From positions 1 to 59,388 of IMG/VR virus record IMGVR_UViG_3300014913_000015: 59,388 bases of DNA; one strand, 5' to 3'. The translations under genes were made by a program, and so were the position numbers. This document shows positions 45,035-53,970 of the stretch, one piece after another; within the stretch, counting starts at the first letter, position 1, and each line of letters starts with the position of its first letter. Source of the stretch: a virus. Its lineage: Duplodnaviria; Caudoviricetes. The notes under the pieces were generated by a model. It saw only the letters and a program-made list of their open reading frames with translations. It searched no databases and was not told where the DNA came from.

Positions 45035-45914
45035 AGAACGCCCTCGCCATTCCTCCCAAACGGACATAACGATCATGTTTCTTTCCTTCTCGTAACTTCC
45101 GTGTTTCAACAACCGACATCCTGATTACAGCAAATCCCAGAGGACGAGCAGGAAAACCAGAAATCTCAGCGTAAGAAGGATATTCCGATCGTGAAAAAGT
45201 CCTCTGAAATGTACCCGAAAGAACAAGCAGCCGGCCTTCAGCAGAAATCCAAGGCTCCTTTCCTTTCCGGTAAGTTATTCGAGGAGGGAGATCCTTAACT
45301 ACCAGCTCATGAACATGGCCATAAATGAAGATACGAGCATCAAACTGCATAGCATGGCGAGATAGTGATGTGATATTACCACCTTCCGTTCGAGATCCGC
45401 GACCAAACCCATGATGACAGAAGACCATCACTTCCCGTGCCCATCCTCGATCACGCACTCGTAAAACAATAGGGAACATACAGGAATACCCCAAATTGCG
45501 GATTCCAAGCATCTTACACATTAGATTGTGGGGGTCATATCCCAATTTTCTCATCACCGTCTTAATTGGGTGATTCCCTGAAATACAACCAATTACATGT
45601 TGTTTTATCCAAGATGCTCCTAAACGTTTCTTCATCTGCTCTACAAAATCGTAAACTTCCTCCTCCACCAGACGATGAAACGTCTCTAACTTGTAATACT
45701 CTGGACGTAAAGCAGCAAAGCGGCGATCTTCCATCGAAATAGAATTCAAAATGTCGCCCATAAAAACATATAATGCATCTGGATATTCCTCAAACATCTT
45801 CCACCAGCAATCGTGAGCACTTTCCGCTGAAGCCCAGTGAAGATCTCCTGCTGCTACCAATTCAACAGTTTCGTCAAAATCAATATCCACAATAACAGGT
45901 TGAATTGCCTTCAC
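45027..45914 (-). CDS. calcineurin-like metallophosphoesterase
   Basis: GDLH, MGD, GNH, HHG, GHVH motifs. Confidence 0.8.
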   Translation of the reverse strand: MKAIQPVIVDIDFDETVELVAAGDLHWASAESAHDCWWKMFEEYPDALYVFMGDILNSISMEDRRFAALRPEYYKLETFHRLVEEEVYDFVEQMKKRLGASWIKQHVIGCISGNHPIKTVMRKLGYDPHNLMCKMLGIRNLGYSCMFPIVLRVRDRGWAREVMVFCHHGFGRGSRTEGGNITSLSRHAMQFDARIFIYGHVHELVVKDLPPRITYRKGKEPWISAEGRLLVLSGTFQRTFSRSEYPSYAEISGFPARPLGFAVIRMSVVETRKLREGKKHDRYVRLGGMARAFYE

Positions 45915-45925
45915 TTACTACCACC

Positions 45926-46102
45926 TCATTTTATTGTAATCGGCTTCTTCGTAACAAATCGTAATATGATATTGATAAGTGCAAGCACAATAGGTGTTGC
46001 CGCTTCCTGCCAATCAATTTTTGACGAAAGAACTGCTCCAACACTTGAAAGAATTATCCCCATATTTGTCAAGACAGTCTTCGACTTATACCACTTTTTC
46101 AT
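45926..46102 (-). CDS. holin-like 2-TM protein (58 aa, not in ORF track)
   Basis: MKKWYKSKTVLTN...LINIILRFVTKKPI; AAGGAGGTG RBS. Confidence 0.6.
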   Translation of the reverse strand: MKKWYKSKTVLTNMGIILSSVGAVLSSKIDWQEAATPIVLALINIILRFVTKKPITIK

Positions 46103-46117
46103 TTCTACACCTCCTTC

Positions 46118-46155
46118 AAAAAGGGGGGAGGGAGGGGAAGAGATCTCCCTCCCCC
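46118..46155 (-). terminator. rho-independent terminator (minus strand)
   Basis: 11-bp stem GGGGGAGGGAG / CTCCCTCCCCC followed by a T tract. Confidence 0.75.
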
Positions 46156-46161
46156 ATGTGG

Positions 46162-46347
46162 CTATTCCCCCTCCTCAAGCTCGCCCAGCACTTCCGAGAC
46201 CTTAGGCAGGCCGCCTTCTACGAATGCAACCACGATGTTGTCATAAGGATTCTGAGTTCGCTCAGCGCCTGCCTTCATCAGCGGGAGACCAAAGACCACA
46301 ATAAAATCAATCACATCTTTAATCTTACTCCAATTCGGCTCGGCCAT
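46162..46347 (-). CDS. hypothetical protein
   Basis: 61 aa; AGGAGGTG RBS; followed by the terminator. Confidence 0.6.
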   Translation of the reverse strand: MAEPNWSKIKDVIDFIVVFGLPLMKAGAERTQNPYDNIVVAFVEGGLPKVSEVLGELEEGE

Positions 46348-46366
46348 CCCTATTCACCTCCTTTCT

Positions 46367-46612
46367 TTACTTTACTTTCTCCTTGAGATACGTAAGGATA
46401 TCTCCTACTGTTACAAACTTCTCCTCATCTTCATCGGGAATTTCAATCCAGTACTCATCCTCAAGCGCCAGAATCAATGCCCTCCGATCAAGCCAGTCTG
46501 CTTCTAGGTCTTCAACAAGTCTGGTATCAGAAGTTATCTTTGATTCAGATACTCCAAAATGATAGGCAATCAACCTTTTCAATTTTTCCTCAATCAGAGG
46601 AGCTTCTTTCAT
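46367..46612 (-). CDS. acyl carrier protein homologue lacking the phosphopantetheine Ser
   Basis: aligns along its length with AcpP (VEDLGADSLD...ALEEEF..EIPDE.AEK..TV) but reads EDLEADWLD. Confidence 0.8.
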   Translation of the reverse strand: MKEAPLIEEKLKRLIAYHFGVSESKITSDTRLVEDLEADWLDRRALILALEDEYWIEIPDEDEEKFVTVGDILTYLKEKVK

Positions 46613-46979
46613 CCTTCCCTCCCTTTGATTCTTCCCATAAAATGTATCCTTTCAAAAGTTTAATAAAAGTCCTCATAGACATCAAGATCAGATCCTTCAT
46701 CCGTCGCATCCCAAGCATATGTAATTGTACTACATGTATTTTTGTAGGATGGCGTTCTGGACGTAATTGTTCAAAAGAAGACAGGAGCCATTTTGGAAGT
46801 CGCTGCCGTTCCTTACATTCTACTACAATATACCGCCCTAAAAGATCCTCTTCACCTACAATGCCTATATTCCGTAACTCCTTATCAATCTCACGAAGAA
46901 TACGAGCAGTTTCACGTTGATTCGCTTTTCCACGTTGACGAGAGCGTGAAGACACTCTCTCACTCCTTTCTATACTCAA
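46590..46979 (-). CDS. PD-(D/E)xK nuclease, Holliday-junction resolvase-like
   Basis: SRQRGKANQRE...D...VECK. Confidence 0.65.
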   Translation of the reverse strand: MSIERSERVSSRSRQRGKANQRETARILREIDKELRNIGIVGEEDLLGRYIVVECKERQRLPKWLLSSFEQLRPERHPTKIHVVQLHMLGMRRMKDLILMSMRTFIKLLKGYILWEESKGGKDERSSSD

Positions 46980-47206
46980 ATCTCAATTTCTTGTTCTGGA
47001 CAGGAAGAAATTCTCTCAATCCGCACATCCTCAGACAATGCCTTTTTAAATTCATCCCTTCTCATCCAACGAACTTCCATTTCTCCAGCCGGACGAGTCA
47101 GCCTCGTAGTACGCAAATAATCTCCCGCAATGGCATCTACTCTGAACTCACCAACAGCCACTTCTCCTTCTATTACTAAATACCAATCTCCCAATCTTAA
47201 TCTCAT
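46976..47206 (-). CDS. hypothetical protein (paralogue family)
   Basis: LGDWYLV...RWMRRDEFKK; GGAGG RBS. Confidence 0.6.
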   Translation of the reverse strand: MRLRLGDWYLVIEGEVAVGEFRVDAIAGDYLRTTRLTRPAGEMEVRWMRRDEFKKALSEDVRIERISSCPEQEIEI

Positions 47207-47216
47207 AATTAACCTC

Positions 47217-48191
47217 CTATGGTTCTCTTATATCAACTCCAACTGTTAAATCTTCTCTCATTCTTCGGATCAATTTTGCTGTATTCAAATAAATAGGGAG
47301 AAAGTGAATAGCCAAATCAAGATCCTTCTTAATTCCTTCGTGCCAGATAGCAATTAATCCCCCTGCATTAACGATAAAATCAGTCAAATAATAGATCTTC
47401 CTTTTGTTTATAATTTCCTTAATCTCATCTTTCTCTTCTTCTTTTATTTGGTTATTTGCGCTTCCCATAATGACAGTACCTTCCTTCAGCTTCTCAAGAG
47501 TCTCCTTATTAACTATACCCCCAAGAGCACAAGGAGAAAAGAGGTCAGCACCTGCAGTATAGATATCCTCTGGAGGAAGGATAATAGTAACTTTTTGTCG
47601 CTGTTCCTCTTTAAGCGAGCTGAGGAATCGTTCAACTGCTGAATGGTCAATATCACAAACAAATAGTCGTTCAATAGGGAAGTGTTCAAGCAATAATCTT
47701 GCAAACGGCTCTCCACATTTCCCCAAACCCTGAACAGCAACACTCTTGACTTTGAAATAATACTGTACCGCTAAGTAGGCCCAGCATAATCCAACTGCAG
47801 TCCAGTGCCCCGTATTGGAGTTAACTACGTAAGGAGATTGCTTAGCCATAAAAGCTACTTCTTCAGGAGCAAGCCCCACATCCTGCCCGGTATAAAATCG
47901 TCCTTCAAACTCGTTCACATATTCACATACTCGTGTGAGAACTTCCTTTCGATCTTTTGCTGGATCAGCATAAATCACGCCTTTTGCTCCCTCTGCTGGA
48001 ATCATTGCCCATTTACATTTATAATGCATCGCCTCCGCAAGCCGATGTGCGTCTTCTTTTGCCTCTTCCAAGCTATCATATTTCTTCCATCGAGTACCAC
48101 CAAGAAAAGTCATAGCCGGTTGATCATAGAAAGCTATGACATATTGCCCATAATTTCCTAAAGGTTTCGTAACTATCTCTATCTTTCTCAT
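47217..48191 (-). CDS. Glu/Leu/Phe/Val dehydrogenase (leucine dehydrogenase-like)
   Basis: LGGTRW, MHYK, GAKGVI, TGQDVG, VQGLGKCG, FSPCALGG, GSANNQ, DFIVNAGG. Confidence 0.85.
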   Translation of the reverse strand: MRKIEIVTKPLGNYGQYVIAFYDQPAMTFLGGTRWKKYDSLEEAKEDAHRLAEAMHYKCKWAMIPAEGAKGVIYADPAKDRKEVLTRVCEYVNEFEGRFYTGQDVGLAPEEVAFMAKQSPYVVNSNTGHWTAVGLCWAYLAVQYYFKVKSVAVQGLGKCGEPFARLLLEHFPIERLFVCDIDHSAVERFLSSLKEEQRQKVTIILPPEDIYTAGADLFSPCALGGIVNKETLEKLKEGTVIMGSANNQIKEEEKDEIKEIINKRKIYYLTDFIVNAGGLIAIWHEGIKKDLDLAIHFLPIYLNTAKLIRRMREDLTVGVDIREP

Positions 48192-48203
48192 TTTAAATCC
48201 CTC

Positions 48204-48386
48204 CTATGCAAAAGCAGTCTCTGCTTTTACATCTTCACATACTTCAATATGAATCCAGATTCTGGCAATGAGCTTATTGTCCTTCTCTCGAAAAAGGAGA
48301 TAACACTTCTCTGTCTCATCCCATTTAAAGAAATAACCCTGATTACATACAAGATTTACTATATCCCGCACTCCTATCTCACTCAT
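48204..48386 (-). CDS. hypothetical protein
   Basis: 60-aa packed ORF. Confidence 0.5.
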   Translation of the reverse strand: MSEIGVRDIVNLVCNQGYFFKWDETEKCYLLFREKDNKLIARIWIHIEVCEDVKAETAFA

Positions 48387-48387
48387 T

Positions 48388-48579
48388 TTAGTTAGCCAAT
48401 GCTAGGGAAATTTTCTCCTCTTTTCCTTCAACCCTTGTCCGCAAGACAACCGTCCTAATCGGTTCGTAACTACCCTCAGGAAAAAAAGTCGGAGGACAAT
48501 AGATCTGAACTTCCACTTCATCTGGGTTGAGAATCTTAGAATAATAGTCCAAAATCTCTTTCAGTCTTGCAAGAGTCAT
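48388..48579 (-). CDS. hypothetical protein
   Basis: 63 aa; AGGAGG RBS. Confidence 0.55.
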   Translation of the reverse strand: MTLARLKEILDYYSKILNPDEVEVQIYCPPTFFPEGSYEPIRTVVLRTRVEGKEEKISLALAN

Positions 48580-48591
48580 TCTTCCCTCCTC

Positions 48592-48873
48592 TTAATCATT
48601 TTTCTTCCTCTCAATGAGAAGAGTACCCTCTTTTGTTATAAGAAAGATTCTCATCGCCTTCTCCATAAACTGTTTCAATTCATTCTCATGAACCCAACCT
48701 GTATTTCCCTCTTTATGAACATATAAAGGCAAATCTTCTCTCATCGCAAACAAGCACGGTGATATGTCTATTTCATAATAACCACCTGCTTTTCCCCAGA
48801 TCCCAATCTCAAAAAACCTCCCGTCTGGAGTCTCCAATAAATATTCTTCACCAACCTTGATCGCTATTTTCAT
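48592..48873 (-). CDS. hypothetical protein (paralogue family)
   Basis: VGEEYLLE...FEIGI...GWVHENELKQF. Confidence 0.6.
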   Translation of the reverse strand: MKIAIKVGEEYLLETPDGRFFEIGIWGKAGGYYEIDISPCLFAMREDLPLYVHKEGNTGWVHENELKQFMEKAMRIFLITKEGTLLIERKKND

Positions 48874-48876
48874 TCT

Positions 48877-49476
48877 TTATTCCCTCCTTTCCTCAATCAG
48901 ATCCTCAAAAACTGACGGAGCAATCAAGTAAAGTTGCCTCGCAATTTCTCGGCACAGTTCTCGTATTTCCCATTGAGCATCTGAAGCTAGGCGAAGCTGA
49001 AGAATATGTCGCCATTCACGAAAGTTTGCTGAGATGATAAATGTTGTAGGTGTCGCGTTGGGAAGAATGAATCGTGCGTCCTCTTTCGGAACCCCCTTTT
49101 CAACCATTTTCTCGTACAACGCAAAACACTTCTGCGCTATTTCTTTATATTCCTCCTTCAATTCGGAATCTTGTGCAATCGTAGGAGGTATTATAATCTC
49201 TGATTTTGGTTTTGTATGTCGCTGACTTTCTACTGCAAAACTCGCCAATCGATGGCGCGTAATTTGGGCAAGAAGAGCACGGCTAACACCTTCAATAAGA
49301 AAAGTAGCATAACCAAATTCAAGAATTGAATGGTGTCCCCTCTTGATAAGCTTCCTGATGAATTTTTCTTTGGAAAAAAGAGAAGATGGTGGATGTTGCC
49401 TTCCTCGTGTAATTAATCCTGCTTTCATGATGACATATTCACTGAAAGGTGTATGGGAAATCAACGTTACCTTCAC
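48877..49476 (-). CDS. thyX: FAD-dependent thymidylate synthase
   Basis: GHHSILE, VSR, RHRLASFAVESQR, EDARFILP, AQWEIR. Confidence 0.93.
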   Translation of the reverse strand: MKVTLISHTPFSEYVIMKAGLITRGRQHPPSSLFSKEKFIRKLIKRGHHSILEFGYATFLIEGVSRALLAQITRHRLASFAVESQRHTKPKSEIIIPPTIAQDSELKEEYKEIAQKCFALYEKMVEKGVPKEDARFILPNATPTTFIISANFREWRHILQLRLASDAQWEIRELCREIARQLYLIAPSVFEDLIEERRE

Positions 49477-49853
49477 TTCTTTTCTCCCGTTACTGGAGGT
49501 ACAACCGTAAGAGTAAGTTCGCCCTTATATGTACTTAACATTTCAACCAGTTTCTGAATCACATTCTTACCTGCTGCCTGAAGCTCTTTGAGAGTCTTCT
49601 GGTCATGTCTTTTCTCATAAGTATGCTTCTCCCATACTGAACGGAATTTATCAACCGCTCCCCTTACTTTCACATCCTCAAGGAGACATAGACAGGCAGT
49701 AACAGCCGAAAGTTCTCCAATACAGGGATAAACCAGTTCATGATGAGGAGATTCCGCCCACATCATATATTCTGTGAAGAGCCGGGTGAAATGAAACAGA
49801 AGGGCATACGGATCATGGTAATGTAGAATTGGCTGCCAGCAACTTGTTGTCAT
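49473..49853 (-). CDS. hypothetical protein
   Basis: 126 aa; GGAGGG RBS. Confidence 0.55.
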   Translation of the reverse strand: MTTSCWQPILHYHDPYALLFHFTRLFTEYMMWAESPHHELVYPCIGELSAVTACLCLLEDVKVRGAVDKFRSVWEKHTYEKRHDQKTLKELQAAGKNVIQKLVEMLSTYKGELTLTVVPPVTGEKK

Positions 49854-49865
49854 TCCATTTCCCTC

Positions 49866-50903
49866 CTATTTCTTCTTCCTTATTCGTTTTGCCTTTACTG
49901 CTTTCTTGCATTCCTCAAAGAAGTTACACTCTTGAGTACAAACTTCATCATCGGGATCAAAATAAGCAGGATCGCCAAAACAAGGAGGAGGACCTTCCTC
50001 TACTTCTTCCTCCTCTTCTTCCTCTTCTCCTCCTTCTTCCTCCTTAGGAGCTGATTCTTCAATTTCTTCATCTTCCATTTCCTCTTCTACCGGAGGCTCC
50101 TCAAAAGGTTCTTCCTCTTCTTTTGGCATAACTATGAGTGAATGGAAGAAGGTAGATGGATCTTTCTCCCCTTCGTTAATTGCGTCAAGATCCTCCTGTG
50201 TCACTCCGAAATGCCAGTACAGGCGCAGAAACCAAATATCAGGGTCATCTTTTACTATTGGCAGGAACCGAATATAATTTTCTCCCTCCTCCAGATGACC
50301 ATATTCACGTACAGGAAGGATACGTTGCCTGTTTTCACGCGAAGTATTTTCCACAATAAACTTAACTGTCATCTGAGGTAAACGATCAAGAATAGACGGA
50401 TCAACAGGAGTTGCTTTAGGCTGAGGAATTACATTATAATCATACCTCTGGTTTCTACCCATCACCTTGTGAATCACAATTTCAAACCCATGTTTCGGGT
50501 CCCAGAAGTGGTGGTAGGACTCACTTTTAGCAAGAGCCCGAAGCTTCTGGAAAATTGTCCATCCAATGCGGAAGAGATAGGGTTGGGCAGGATCTTTTTC
50601 CCGCGGAAAGACAACGTAAGTCCATATATGCTCCCTTGCTCGAAGTCTTCTTGCTTCCTCTCGTATCGTATCAGCATAGATCGGTTCAAACGTGGCAGGG
50701 TCTCGTGAGTAAAGAATACCAGGATAGGAGTGCCATCCAAGAGTCATCTTTAAGTAGCGAGTTCCTGCTGGCATGCCTATGAATTCACAAAAGCGACATG
50801 CCTGAAGAAAGGTTCGGGGACAGAGAGCTCGCCCCCCTCGTCCTCTTTCAGACATCAGCTCATCTTGAGCTTGTCGGTAATCCAAGTCCTGATCGTAACG
50901 CAT
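49866..50903 (-). CDS. putative single-stranded DNA-binding protein (gp32-like)
   Basis: CP..CRFCE, IGWTIF, DPKHG..I.K..G...Y.V.P, GENYIRFLP motifs; acidic tail; lies next to a UvsY-like gene. Confidence 0.6.
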   Translation of the reverse strand: MRYDQDLDYRQAQDELMSERGRGGRALCPRTFLQACRFCEFIGMPAGTRYLKMTLGWHSYPGILYSRDPATFEPIYADTIREEARRLRAREHIWTYVVFPREKDPAQPYLFRIGWTIFQKLRALAKSESYHHFWDPKHGFEIVIHKVMGRNQRYDYNVIPQPKATPVDPSILDRLPQMTVKFIVENTSRENRQRILPVREYGHLEEGENYIRFLPIVKDDPDIWFLRLYWHFGVTQEDLDAINEGEKDPSTFFHSLIVMPKEEEEPFEEPPVEEEMEDEEIEESAPKEEEGGEEEEEEEEVEEGPPPCFGDPAYFDPDDEVCTQECNFFEECKKAVKAKRIRKKK

Positions 50904-51174
50904 AGCCCACCTCCTTAGTTGAATTTTTGATGTTCAAAATTGAATTAAATGCCTTAAGGATATCTTCTGAAAGCCCAAGTGGATCTGCTTCCGGGTACTT
51001 GAGGAAGTAGTAAAGATATCGAAATCCACAACAACGAGCAGTCTCGTCAATAAACTCGTCTCGCAACTCAAGCAGTTTTTCAAGAGAAGAATCTTTCCCA
51101 GCTTCCCCAATCTCCTCGATTTTTTTCAATGATTCCTCAACCCGCCTGAGTAAAAGCTCTTTTATCTTTTCCAT
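50860..51174 (-). CDS. hypothetical protein
   Basis: 104 aa; GGAGG RBS. Confidence 0.55.
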   Translation of the reverse strand: MEKIKELLLRRVEESLKKIEEIGEAGKDSSLEKLLELRDEFIDETARCCGFRYLYYFLKYPEADPLGLSEDILKAFNSILNIKNSTKEVGYALRSGLGLPTSSR

Positions 51175-51176
51175 TT

Positions 51177-51581
51177 CTATCCTCCAGTATTCAGCCGAAC
51201 CAACAACTCAAGCATTGTTGCCCTCTGCCCAAAGGCATATCGAGCTGCTACCGCTTTTTCGTGCTCGGCTTTCAGTTCAGCCAGCTCTTTTCTCAATGCA
51301 ATGAGATCAGGATGGTTCTGAAGATACTCCTTAACCATATTCTCGGTTATCTTATTGTGAGCATTTTCAGAGCGGAATCGGGAGGCATAATTGGCTTCCT
51401 CTTCTTTCAATTCAATTTCCTTCAACATTACATCACGCTGGAGATCGGCTGCCTTTTGGGCGTATTTCATATAGAGCTGAGGCTGGCGTTTGAGTTCATC
51501 TGGAAGGAAACTTTCATCAATTGAAAGTTCCTCCATTACGTAATCGTGTAACTCCTCCTCCCTTATCTTTCTCCTTGGCAT
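51177..51581 (-). CDS. UvsY-like recombination mediator
   Basis: helical; LSIDE..L..EL..QP..Y...KITE...AFGQR..ML pattern. Confidence 0.55.
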   Translation of the reverse strand: MPRRKIREEELHDYVMEELSIDESFLPDELKRQPQLYMKYAQKAADLQRDVMLKEIELKEEEANYASRFRSENAHNKITENMVKEYLQNHPDLIALRKELAELKAEHEKAVAARYAFGQRATMLELLVRLNTGG

Positions 51582-52147
51582 CGTAACCTCCTTTTTGCCT
51601 TTGCGTTATTATAACCATCTACCCCAAAATTGACAAGATAGCGGCGGAGACAGTCAAGAGCTTTATGAATTCTCTGTCTTACCGCTTCAGCCGAAATCTT
51701 TAATTCATCAGCAATCTCATAAAGCGTTTTGTCTTCCCAGAAGTAAGCATAAAGCAAGGTTATATCCTTCTGTGGAAGAGAAATTAGTGCCTTTCGTAAG
51801 AGAGAGATCATTTCCTCTCGATAGCAAAGATCATCTGGAAGAGGGTCAGGGGACTCGATTTTATAGAAAGGATCGAAATCATAGTTCTCTCCGTCTTCCT
51901 GTTCCCATTGAACAATGTGACTTTCTCGTGTCATCTCCTTACGCAGATATCGTTTCATATAAGCTCCTGCCCACCAACCTCCGTAAGTAAGAAATTTCAC
52001 TTTCTTCTTTTTTCTGAACCGTTTCTCTGCCTCTATCAAACCTAAATATCCTTCCTGCACAAGGTCGTCAATTATATCCCCTTCTTCCACGTATTTTCTT
52101 GCTAAACTATAAAGGAATCCCTTATAAGCTGAAAGATCCATGATCAC
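51563..52147 (-). CDS. RNA polymerase sigma-70 family factor
   Basis: region 2 DDLVQEGYLGLIEA..RF; region 4 TLYEIADELKISAEAVRQR..KAL. Confidence 0.88.
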   Translation of the reverse strand: MIMDLSAYKGFLYSLARKYVEEGDIIDDLVQEGYLGLIEAEKRFRKKKKVKFLTYGGWWAGAYMKRYLRKEMTRESHIVQWEQEDGENYDFDPFYKIESPDPLPDDLCYREEMISLLRKALISLPQKDITLLYAYFWEDKTLYEIADELKISAEAVRQRIHKALDCLRRYLVNFGVDGYNNAKAKRRLRCQGER

Positions 52148-52150
52148 CTC

Positions 52151-53941
52151 CTACTTCATTTTTTCTTGTGTCCTTATCCCCTCAATTTTAAGAGTTGCTC
52201 TCTCCTTCCAAGGTGGTGCTCTTTCCATAAGTTCCTCCATTTGTCCTTGGTATTCCTTTACTCTCTTTCCACTTAATACATCCATACACTCAGCTATCTC
52301 CTTCTCATCATATTCCTCCCATATCCTCCTCAACACTTTTGAAACTTCCTCCCTTACTCTCCTATCACATTTATTCAAAATGTTATTCCCATATTTTGAA
52401 TTAATGTTTTTACTACTACACCACTTTAAGTAAAAACTTTTTAATCCTTTATGGAGGTAGATCTTATATGGCTTACCTTGTTTATCTATTGACTTGGATA
52501 GAAGGTAAGCGTTTTTGAGTATTTGGTAAATATGGGTCTTAGAGTTTTTGTTGATAGTCTTAAGGAAATCATAAGACGAAGGATAAGGGTTCTTAGTTTT
52601 TTGATATTCCTTAAGTATCTCTAAGATACTCAGAGAATAAGGTTTAGTCTTCCTTTGATGAAGAGATACACTGACATTGAAAACAAAGGAATAAATCTCG
52701 TCAAAGGTAATGTCTGGAAGGTAACGATGATAACCAAGTTCACTTAACATTTTCTTTCCAGATACTTCCCAAGGAGGATTTCGTCTATAGATGGAACGAA
52801 GAGTAGCCTGTGCTTCGGAGGTAGTGTAAGGATGAGAACCTGATTGAGTGTGATGATTGACGTATTTTTCTAAGATGGATTCTGCTTTATCAAGAGGAAT
52901 ATTTCTTAAACGGCATGCAATTGCGATGGTGGTACCGACATGGTGACGCAGACCTTCGGGAACTCTGTAACCATTCTGAAAGATCTTTCTGATAAAGGGA
53001 AGATGGAAGAAGGTTTTGGGGTTGAAGTTATTGATCCGAGGATACTCCCCTTTTGATCTTTCGGGAGACTTAGATTGTTCCAGTTTGGGAAAGGGGACAG
53101 TTACTTTCACTGTCCGATCGGGGAAAAGATCCTTTATCAGTCTTTCTACAGCAATAGGAGGAGTCGTAGAGAAGAGACCTGCTGCTCCTTCATTTACGAT
53201 ATCAAAAAAGGCATATTCATCGTAATAGATGATATAACTGAACATTTTGCGTTTGGGGTTATAGGTTCCGGGGAAACGGAAGAGGTGGAAACGGGGTTGT
53301 ACTGTGGAAAGATCTTTAACAGATAGCAATTTATGCGGTTCAAAAATTCCTTGCAGAGAAAGAGTAGTTACATCCGAAAACTTTTTAGTGTAGTGCCCAA
53401 GAACTGCCAGAGCATGGTAAGTGGTAAATCTTTCAGTACCATTCAGTACGCGGTTATGTACTACTTTTTTCTTTGTCTCCCCGAAGAAAAAAGGTTTTCT
53501 GTATTTAAAAACTACATGTATCCCTTTTCCTGATCGGATGATCCAGCGAACGTGTCTTAGATTATTAGTAATAATCTCAACTATCTCTTCATCCGAAAGC
53601 TCTGGTTTTATATCATCTATATCAAGCGTCGCTATGGAGCAAAACAGACCATCGTTCACTGCATAACAACAATCAGCCTGATGAGGATGGGTTGTATAGT
53701 CTGTTATTTCGGATACCATCTGGGGAAGCTTTGTAATGGTTCGAGGTCTTTTGCCGTCCTGACGAAAGACGGTTCTTATATAGGAATTCAGACGCTGGGT
53801 ACCTGCTTTACATTGGGAATCACGAACGAACATTATGTCGCGGAAGAAAACCCCTGTAAGTTCTCCACAGACGATTGAGAGGCGGTTCACGCATTCATTG
53901 ATTTCTTTCTCTGGTATAAAAGAACCTACTGACTTCGGCAC
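52151..53941 (-). CDS. primase/replication protein (AEP-like with PriCT-like region)
   Basis: TLDIDD, RSGKGIH, FRFPGTYNPK, EGLRHH motifs. Confidence 0.6.
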   Translation of the reverse strand: MPKSVGSFIPEKEINECVNRLSIVCGELTGVFFRDIMFVRDSQCKAGTQRLNSYIRTVFRQDGKRPRTITKLPQMVSEITDYTTHPHQADCCYAVNDGLFCSIATLDIDDIKPELSDEEIVEIITNNLRHVRWIIRSGKGIHVVFKYRKPFFFGETKKKVVHNRVLNGTERFTTYHALAVLGHYTKKFSDVTTLSLQGIFEPHKLLSVKDLSTVQPRFHLFRFPGTYNPKRKMFSYIIYYDEYAFFDIVNEGAAGLFSTTPPIAVERLIKDLFPDRTVKVTVPFPKLEQSKSPERSKGEYPRINNFNPKTFFHLPFIRKIFQNGYRVPEGLRHHVGTTIAIACRLRNIPLDKAESILEKYVNHHTQSGSHPYTTSEAQATLRSIYRRNPPWEVSGKKMLSELGYHRYLPDITFDEIYSFVFNVSVSLHQRKTKPYSLSILEILKEYQKTKNPYPSSYDFLKTINKNSKTHIYQILKNAYLLSKSIDKQGKPYKIYLHKGLKSFYLKWCSSKNINSKYGNNILNKCDRRVREEVSKVLRRIWEEYDEKEIAECMDVLSGKRVKEYQGQMEELMERAPPWKERATLKIEGIRTQEKMK

Positions 53942-53970
53942 GCTAATTGACTCCTCCTCTTAATCCCCCA

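Noticed and set aside
52380-52700. AT-rich stretch in the primase-like gene as a replication origin
   Set aside because: No iterons or clear repeats seen; it may only reflect Lys/Asn/Ile/Tyr-rich coding
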